DNA of 32,054 nt from Methanobacteriota archaeon (GTDB lineage Archaea > Thermoplasmatota > Poseidoniia > Poseidoniales > Poseidoniaceae): NCBI GenBank assembly GCA_018650165.1, contig JABIGM010000038.1, positions 1 to 32,054 of the forward strand, read 5' to 3'. This document shows, in pieces, positions 26,342 through 32,054 of the stretch. The notes beneath the pieces were generated by a model. That model worked only from the letters and a program-made list of their open reading frames with translations. It did not search any database and had not been told where the DNA came from. Numbering within the stretch: position 1 is the stretch's first letter; each line of letters begins with the position of its first letter. Made by a program: the position numbers and the translations under genes.

Positions 26342-28420
26342 TCACTGTTCGACCGGACGACGCTTAAGTGCGACAACGATTAGTAGGCAGAGTGTGCCTA
26401 ACATAGTAAATCCAGGTAGCAGAGCTGGGCTTTCATCGGTGTAACCATCTCCCCACAGATGGTACAACTTTACCGTAGGGTCATCCCATCTCTCGCCAGC
26501 GTCGGTGTAAATTATGATAGTATCACCATCATCGAGGTAGTTATTTTCATTTACATCTGTATATGTAAATGTCCAATTATTTCCAGATGGGTCTGTTGCT
26601 TGACCGGATTCCATTTGCGCTAGGTCAAAGGAAACATGCAATGTAAACTCGTCTTCCTCAAGATCGTCATTATATTCCGTATATCCCAAATCAAGCCTAA
26701 ATTCAGCAAGGCTGTTTTGGAACTTCATCTCATCTTCTACAAGATATCCAAATCCATAAAGTCCATCTCTATTAGATTCACCGAGACTGTAATAATTTAA
26801 CTCTGCAACAACCGATAGATTTTCACCAATTTCACTAGCGGTTGAACGTTTGAACCAAAACTCAGTACCCTTGTACCGGTCTTCATAGTTCCACATTTCT
26901 AAATAATCATCTAAAATAAAGTGGAGATATTCATTGTCCATTTCTAAGAATGTCAAGTTAGTTGTAGTTTCACAAGAATCTGTTGCTTCAACATATACTG
27001 CATGTGTAAATTGTCCAAGTCCTGAGCAGCGCAAATAAATTTCATTTTCTAGGTCGGGTTGCAAACCTTCGTCAGCACCATCACTACAATCTACGGTACC
27101 ATCATTTATTTGGCTGATTTCAACGCTACCTCCTTCGCAGTAGAACAACTGAATATTTGCTGCTGCATCGACCGAGGTTGTGACTAAGTTACCATCTTCA
27201 ATTCTCATGGTGTGATAGTCTTCTGACCATCCATCCCATCCTCCCTTGTGCTTATCTGTACTAAATCCAGCATTCCAGAAATAATCGATATCAGTCATAT
27301 CTGCAAATGTGTGGATTGAAGCATTATCGTTATAGTATTCATTACACCATTCTGGCATCTCTTCTTCAGTTACCTGTTCTTTTATGGCATTGATTTCATC
27401 GAATGTGACCATCTGGTCTCCTGGTATATCAGCAGCCCAATTACAATCCCATAAATACTCACGTGCATCATAATTTCTTTCAAGAAGGAATGGAGATGCT
27501 GCAGCCGGATATGTGTCTGAAATAGTTTTAACATCCACATCGATTATTGAAATTTTAGATTCGACATTTTCAAATCCCACACCAAAGGTATCCGCTGAAG
27601 TTGAAGACTTAACCACTAAAGAAACCATTTTTAATTCGCCATCGAAGTTAATGTAATATGTCTCATTATCAACAGTTGTAAAAATAGTTTGATAACCCTT
27701 TTCGACAGTCATTGACCAATCGTATTCCGCAAATATATCTTCACCAAAGAACAACGGAGATTGCCTACCTGTAGCCATTAATTCATCGATCTCTTCTTGC
27801 GATACTCCCTCATCAGTTCCATCTTCGCAGTGTTCCATGCCATCATTTACCCATTCCATTGGTACCTCATATCCATTCTCACAGGTAAAATAAGGGTCCA
27901 TGGTGGCATCATCACCAGTTCCTTGTAGGATTAAAGCATCAAGTAATTCAGTAACATTTTCTAACTCATCGTTCAAATTATACCATTCATCTTCGGAGTT
28001 AACATTGATAATTTCCCCATTTTGTCGGACTTCATAATAAGCCATTTGCATACCATCCATTGCATAGGTGTATGTGTATCGCATAGCGTCATTTTCGGCA
28101 TCAAAAACCTCAATTGTTGTAATTTCTGTAACCATTGAATCTCCATCGATTTCAACATCTGTTTTCACCACAGTTTCAACCCCATATGATTCGCCATTAG
28201 CTCTGCTTTGGTCTAAGGCCAACATTTGTGTTATCGCAGCACTTTCCAGTTCACTTTGTGAAGCTGGCATCACACATGAATCGTCGCCCTCATCTGCAGT
28301 TGAATCGTAGTTAACAGCATCAGAGTCTGTACAGCCAGTAGTGGGGTCATCACCCCCGAGACATCCAGCCAGAGAGGTAGTCAGCAGCAAGCATGCAATC
28401 AAAGCATGAATAATCTTCAT
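26342..28420 (-). CDS. Acidic surface lipoprotein with GCTD repeat, two LDL-receptor-A-like motifs and a C-terminal PGF-CTERM sorting signal
   Basis: Lipobox SLAGC (Cys20); GCTDSDAVNYDSTA; FTCENG...VNDGMEHCEDGTDE and FYCEGG...INDGTVDCSDGADE; ends LPGF-hydrophobic helix-KRR. Confidence 0.88.
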   Translation of the reverse strand: MKIIHALIACLLLTTSLAGCLGGDDPTTGCTDSDAVNYDSTADEGDDSCVMPASQSELESAAITQMLALDQSRANGESYGVETVVKTDVEIDGDSMVTEITTIEVFDAENDAMRYTYTYAMDGMQMAYYEVRQNGEIINVNSEDEWYNLNDELENVTELLDALILQGTGDDATMDPYFTCENGYEVPMEWVNDGMEHCEDGTDEGVSQEEIDELMATGRQSPLFFGEDIFAEYDWSMTVEKGYQTIFTTVDNETYYINFDGELKMVSLVVKSSTSADTFGVGFENVESKISIIDVDVKTISDTYPAAASPFLLERNYDAREYLWDCNWAADIPGDQMVTFDEINAIKEQVTEEEMPEWCNEYYNDNASIHTFADMTDIDYFWNAGFSTDKHKGGWDGWSEDYHTMRIEDGNLVTTSVDAAANIQLFYCEGGSVEISQINDGTVDCSDGADEGLQPDLENEIYLRCSGLGQFTHAVYVEATDSCETTTNLTFLEMDNEYLHFILDDYLEMWNYEDRYKGTEFWFKRSTASEIGENLSVVAELNYYSLGESNRDGLYGFGYLVEDEMKFQNSLAEFRLDLGYTEYNDDLEEDEFTLHVSFDLAQMESGQATDPSGNNWTFTYTDVNENNYLDDGDTIIIYTDAGERWDDPTVKLYHLWGDGYTDESPALLPGFTMLGTLCLLIVVALKRRPVEQ

Positions 28421-28546
28421 GATTAACCGTGGTGGCGGTAGTCAATAAGTTCACTGTATGAGGGGAAGTTTCACATTCAGAATGCATCTGTGTCTCAGAA
28501 TGAATTGAAAACCAAAGTTTTAGATTACTCGTTTTCGATACAGATT

Positions 28547-30541
28547 TCATTCGACATCGTAAAATCCGTAATCCGTGATGTCATACCAAGGGTTCACGCC
28601 AATCTCAGAGTTGCCATCATAATGGGCCGTTGCTTCAACAAAATAGAACGGTATTTCTGATTTTGGTGCATCGCCATACCAGCCGTCACCTGAGTGGTCT
28701 GGAATGTAAATTACTGCCCACGCATGACCGCCCCAATCTTCATCCGAACTCGATTTGACAGACCCCAACATTAGTGCTGAATCAAAGCCAATACTTTCTG
28801 TCAAACTGATGTATAGCAACGCAGCATCCTCACAATCTCCATTTTGTTCCCACAACATTTCTATTGGGTACTTTGGGTACTCTTGTGAACCATGTTCAAT
28901 TGAATCTAATTGGTACTGTATGTCACCCACAAATGCATGAATAAAACTTGCAATTTGTAGCTCCGATGTGTAGCCTTCCTGCACTGCCATATCTCTCAAT
29001 TCATTTGCAAGGTCCAAAATATATTGCTGGTCTGTAACCGCAAATGCTGCATATTGGTCAATTGCATCAGGAAGAGTATCTACCCCACTCCAATCTATTG
29101 CATGTGGTAATGCTTTACTTTGGGCATAGGTTGTGTAATCCAACATCCAATCTAAATAATACCAATCTCCTTCAAAGTCCCAGGAGTATTGATTTATTGC
29201 AATTCCACGGCTATCAAACGGTGCAAGTGAATATAGTAATTCACCATCCCAGCCGGTTGAATCTTGGGTTCCATCAGCGATAATAGATAGTGGCGATAGC
29301 GAAGTCACACTATCAAAAATAATTACTTCAGTGTCCCAATCTGGGTCTGAACTAATGTCGATTGGGTCATCATCCCAAGCATCAGAATCCCAAACTGAAA
29401 TCTGTATATTGTGCTCCCGTACTGATTCATTGAGATCAATATAAATCGAAGTATTAATCCAGTAATTTGTGCCGGTTTGCAAACTCAAATACGAGTTTTG
29501 GTCGGGTATGCACCCGTGATCTAATCCATTGACATATATACAGAAATACACTTCTGCATAGTCGTCAAAATAATCCATTTTAGTATGTGTAGTAAATGTA
29601 GTCAAGTTGAGGTACATTGCTGCATCACGTGTCGGGTTCAGATCGTAGATGTCCAACACAGCATCATTATCATCATCTAAATCATAGTTGTCGCCGATAC
29701 CGTCTTCGTCATAGTCTAACCACTCAGTTGAATCATAGGGAAATACATCATTTTCATCGTTTACACCATCATTGTCATCATCAGTGTCAACGATATTACA
29801 AATCATATCACCGTCATAATCGGCAGGCTGGCTAAGGCTACTTAGGTGGTTTGTGCCACACTGCGCTTCTTTGGTATCTGACCATCCATCATTGTCATCA
29901 TCAGCATCACCATCGTCATGACAACCATCAGCATCATTGTCATCACTTTGGCTCGAAATCCATCCTAATTCGCTGGTGTCACATTGGTCAATACCGTCAG
30001 TCACACCATCGTTATCATCATCATCATCTTCTGTGAAATCAAGGCATCCATCACCATCAAAATCCGAAATAATCGTAGATTCCCAATTTGTTTCACCATC
30101 AGGGCAATCATCTACATCATCATCGAGGCCATCATTATCTGTGTCGCGTAATTCAGGGTCTGTCCCCAGCAATATTTCATCTTCATCAGTAATGCCGTCC
30201 CCGTCGGAATCACGCATTTCATCAAGCAAACTAGATGTTCCTGGTGCGAGTGCTGAAACCAATAAGATTAGTGCCACTATTACCACAATTGCACCCACTC
30301 CGATGAGTACCGGCTTATTTTGAAAAGCACTCTTTTGTTCAACTTCCTTGTGCTGGAGGTCAACTGGGTTTGCAACTTTTTGTAACAGCCCCATTCCAGT
30401 TGGAGTTGTATCATTAACGGCGAGGGCATCCATTGGAGAATATGCTTCCATCCCGCTAGCAACAGCAACATTTTGCATTTCGGTAGGAACCCATGCCCCA
30501 TCGATTAGTTGCCAATATCCATCATCACTGATTTGAGGCAT
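28547..30541 (-). CDS. Type II membrane protein with TSP3-like repeats and a C-terminal transglutaminase-like cysteine protease domain
   Basis: N-terminal TM (VLIGVGAIVVIVALILLVSAL); DxDxDG repeats; YPIEML....GDCEDAA (Cys), GHAWAV (His), YFVEAT (Glu). The ATG at 30541 is preferred over the TTG at 30571. Confidence 0.88.
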   Translation of the reverse strand: MPQISDDGYWQLIDGAWVPTEMQNVAVASGMEAYSPMDALAVNDTTPTGMGLLQKVANPVDLQHKEVEQKSAFQNKPVLIGVGAIVVIVALILLVSALAPGTSSLLDEMRDSDGDGITDEDEILLGTDPELRDTDNDGLDDDVDDCPDGETNWESTIISDFDGDGCLDFTEDDDDDNDGVTDGIDQCDTSELGWISSQSDDNDADGCHDDGDADDDNDGWSDTKEAQCGTNHLSSLSQPADYDGDMICNIVDTDDDNDGVNDENDVFPYDSTEWLDYDEDGIGDNYDLDDDNDAVLDIYDLNPTRDAAMYLNLTTFTTHTKMDYFDDYAEVYFCIYVNGLDHGCIPDQNSYLSLQTGTNYWINTSIYIDLNESVREHNIQISVWDSDAWDDDPIDISSDPDWDTEVIIFDSVTSLSPLSIIADGTQDSTGWDGELLYSLAPFDSRGIAINQYSWDFEGDWYYLDWMLDYTTYAQSKALPHAIDWSGVDTLPDAIDQYAAFAVTDQQYILDLANELRDMAVQEGYTSELQIASFIHAFVGDIQYQLDSIEHGSQEYPKYPIEMLWEQNGDCEDAALLYISLTESIGFDSALMLGSVKSSSDEDWGGHAWAVIYIPDHSGDGWYGDAPKSEIPFYFVEATAHYDGNSEIGVNPWYDITDYGFYDVE

Positions 30542-30592
30542 GTATGAACATACATTCCTATCCCTTATCAATAATTCTCCGGCATTATCAGA

Positions 30593-30718
30593 TTAATTTA
30601 ATCTATAGAAAAATGCTCGTACCGGAAAACTCAAACCTTCCTTACGGATAATTTCAATTGCTTCCGTAGCCTCGATATATTGAAGATGGATAGATATTAA
30701 AAATAATAATAATAATTG
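30593..30718 (-). pseudogene. Possible remnant duplicate of the 3' end of the gene that ends at 31985
   Basis: Start-less frame QLLLLFLISIHLQYIEATEAIEIIRKEGLSFPVRAFFYRLN*, sharing SFPVRA and exact DNA with the window-end ORF fragment. Confidence 0.35.
30612..30632. repeat. 21-bp direct repeat, copy 1 (AATGCTCGTACCGGAAAACTC)
   Basis: Identical to 32034-32054. Confidence 0.95.
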
Positions 30719-30761
30719 CTAAGAACCAAACATTTAATGTATCCCAATTCTAGCATAAAAT

Positions 30762-31925
30762 GTGCGAAAGAAATCCACTGCAATATTCATTGGAATGATA
30801 TTACTGGTAAGTATTTTATATTATTCTCAATATAAGATCTCCAATAAAACTCCTAGTGATAACGTTGAAATTGATTCTGATGGCGATGGAATCGTTGATA
30901 CATTAGATTTATGCCCCAATACACTAAGTGGATCGATTGTAGATCTCAATGGCTGTAAGGAAACTCTCCGTTTTTCAAACTGGATGCATCCGAATCTAGA
31001 TAGCGGAAAAATAGATATGTTCAACGAGACTGAACAGTGGGATGAAACTTTGGCTAGTATAGATGGCTACGGTTTCTATATTGCTGAATTGAGTAATTCA
31101 CGAACAAATTACTCTCGAATAATCAATGCACTGGATAGTAATGACGTAGATGTTATTGTGGAGGGTGGGGGCACTCTCAATTTCGGAGGTTGTGATGAAC
31201 GAAATGGGGAAAATTCCGCAGAGATTGAAATTGAAAAAATGCGGCCATATTATGAAGCGGGAGGTCATGTAGACTACTTTACTATGGATGGCCCAATCTC
31301 GCGGGTAATTGATGGCGGCAGGTCAAATGATTGTGGTTTTACATTAAATCAGTCCGTTGATGAGTTGGTCGATTATATGCAAACTATGCACCTCGCCCAT
31401 CCTGAAATCGGCATAGGATTATTGGTCAATTTTCCAAATTGGGCTTATGCTGAAACAGAATCATATCAATGCAATAATTCTAATTGGGGTGGAGGAATTG
31501 ACTATTATGATGTATTGGAAGCTGCCCTTAACGCAATTGAACTAGCCGGCGAGGAATTGGCATATTTTATCGCCGATAATCCATGGGGTTATGCGTCAGG
31601 AACACATACATCAGTTTGTTCTTATGATGTCAGTCGAATTGATTGGATGGGTAGAATACTTAGTCTTGAGAATCAAGTGAAAAGTCATGGAATTCCATTC
31701 GGAATGACCTATAATTCAGAATTAGGTGGGAATTCTGATAATGAGACATATTATAATGATACGATTGAATTTATCAATACTTACCAGGACTACGGAGGGT
31801 CGCCAGACATTCGCAATATTGAATCATGGTACCCCTATCCTGCAGAAAACCGCCCTGAAGAAACACTATACACATTTACAAACTTGATGTTGGCTGCGAT
31901 AGATCTCCTTGAGAAGGATGATTAG
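30762..31925 (+). CDS. Membrane-anchored protein with one TSP3-like repeat and an uncharacterised acidic domain (possibly glycoside-hydrolase-like TIM barrel)
   Basis: N-terminal TM; DSDGDGIVDTLDLCPNT...VDLNGC. The rest has a beta/alpha alternating pattern (YFTMDGP, IGLLVNFP, YFIADNP, IESWY); the GH call is a guess. Confidence 0.8.
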   Translation: MRKKSTAIFIGMILLVSILYYSQYKISNKTPSDNVEIDSDGDGIVDTLDLCPNTLSGSIVDLNGCKETLRFSNWMHPNLDSGKIDMFNETEQWDETLASIDGYGFYIAELSNSRTNYSRIINALDSNDVDVIVEGGGTLNFGGCDERNGENSAEIEIEKMRPYYEAGGHVDYFTMDGPISRVIDGGRSNDCGFTLNQSVDELVDYMQTMHLAHPEIGIGLLVNFPNWAYAETESYQCNNSNWGGGIDYYDVLEAALNAIELAGEELAYFIADNPWGYASGTHTSVCSYDVSRIDWMGRILSLENQVKSHGIPFGMTYNSELGGNSDNETYYNDTIEFINTYQDYGGSPDIRNIESWYPYPAENRPEETLYTFTNLMLAAIDLLEKDD

Positions 31926-31984
31926 AATCCCGTAAGTGCTGTGACTTGGATGAGTTTCATAATGATAGATTCTCAACTTTGAAT

Positions 31985-32054
31985 CTATAGAATCTTAGTG
32001 GGTGCGAGCATAAGGACAACAATTAGCATCACTAATGCTCGTACCGGAAAACTC
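31985..32054 (-). CDS. 3' end of a probable membrane-protein gene entering from beyond the window
   Basis: Open frame ...SFPVRALVMLIVVLMLAPTKIL* with a TM-like stretch; only 22 codons are visible. Confidence 0.35.
   Translation of the reverse strand, partial: SFPVRALVMLIVVLMLAPTKIL
32034..32054. repeat. 21-bp direct repeat, copy 2
   Basis: Identical to 30612-30632; the match runs to the last base of the window. Confidence 0.95.

Noticed and set aside
30702-30716. (AAT)5 microsatellite as a phase-variation switch
   Set aside because: Too short in an AT-rich spacer to support a function.
30571-32054. Calling the repeat-flanked segment an IS or integrative element
   Set aside because: No transposase or integrase and no terminal inverted repeats bounding the cargo; reported only as a possible insertion scar.

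Overview
32 kb of gene-dense, host-type chromosome from what is most likely a marine Thermoplasmatota archaeon (Marine Group II / Ca. Poseidoniales-like). This is inferred from an archaeosortase-family gene, a PGF-CTERM protein, TATA-like boxes ~25 nt before start codons and many acidic TSP3-repeat surface proteins. Left (1-11.2 kb): a >1399-aa Kelch/CARDB membrane-anchored protein running off the window, a HEAT-repeat protein, a DEAD-box helicase, an archaeosortase/exosortase, a tusA-like/ribA/osmC/methyltransferase operon and an 8-His sterol-desaturase-family gene. Middle (11.3-20.7 kb): a translationally coupled lipid catabolism operon (thiolase, FadN-like, acyl-CoA dehydrogenase, membrane lipase, ACBP-SDR fusion), an FMN reductase, an orphan with possible phage tail-type fold and a phytol/dolichol-kinase-like gene. 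Right (20.9-32 kb): a Ca2+-themed cell-surface block with a (GNNNT)n sequon-array lipoprotein, a divergent EF-hand/scramblase pair, a candidate structured RNA, TSP3-repeat proteins, a lipobox + PGF-CTERM protein and a transglutaminase-like protein. The last gene is bracketed by an exact 21-bp direct repeat. No rRNA, tRNA, CRISPR array, integrase or transposase was recognised. All family calls come from motifs read by eye; no database searches were run.
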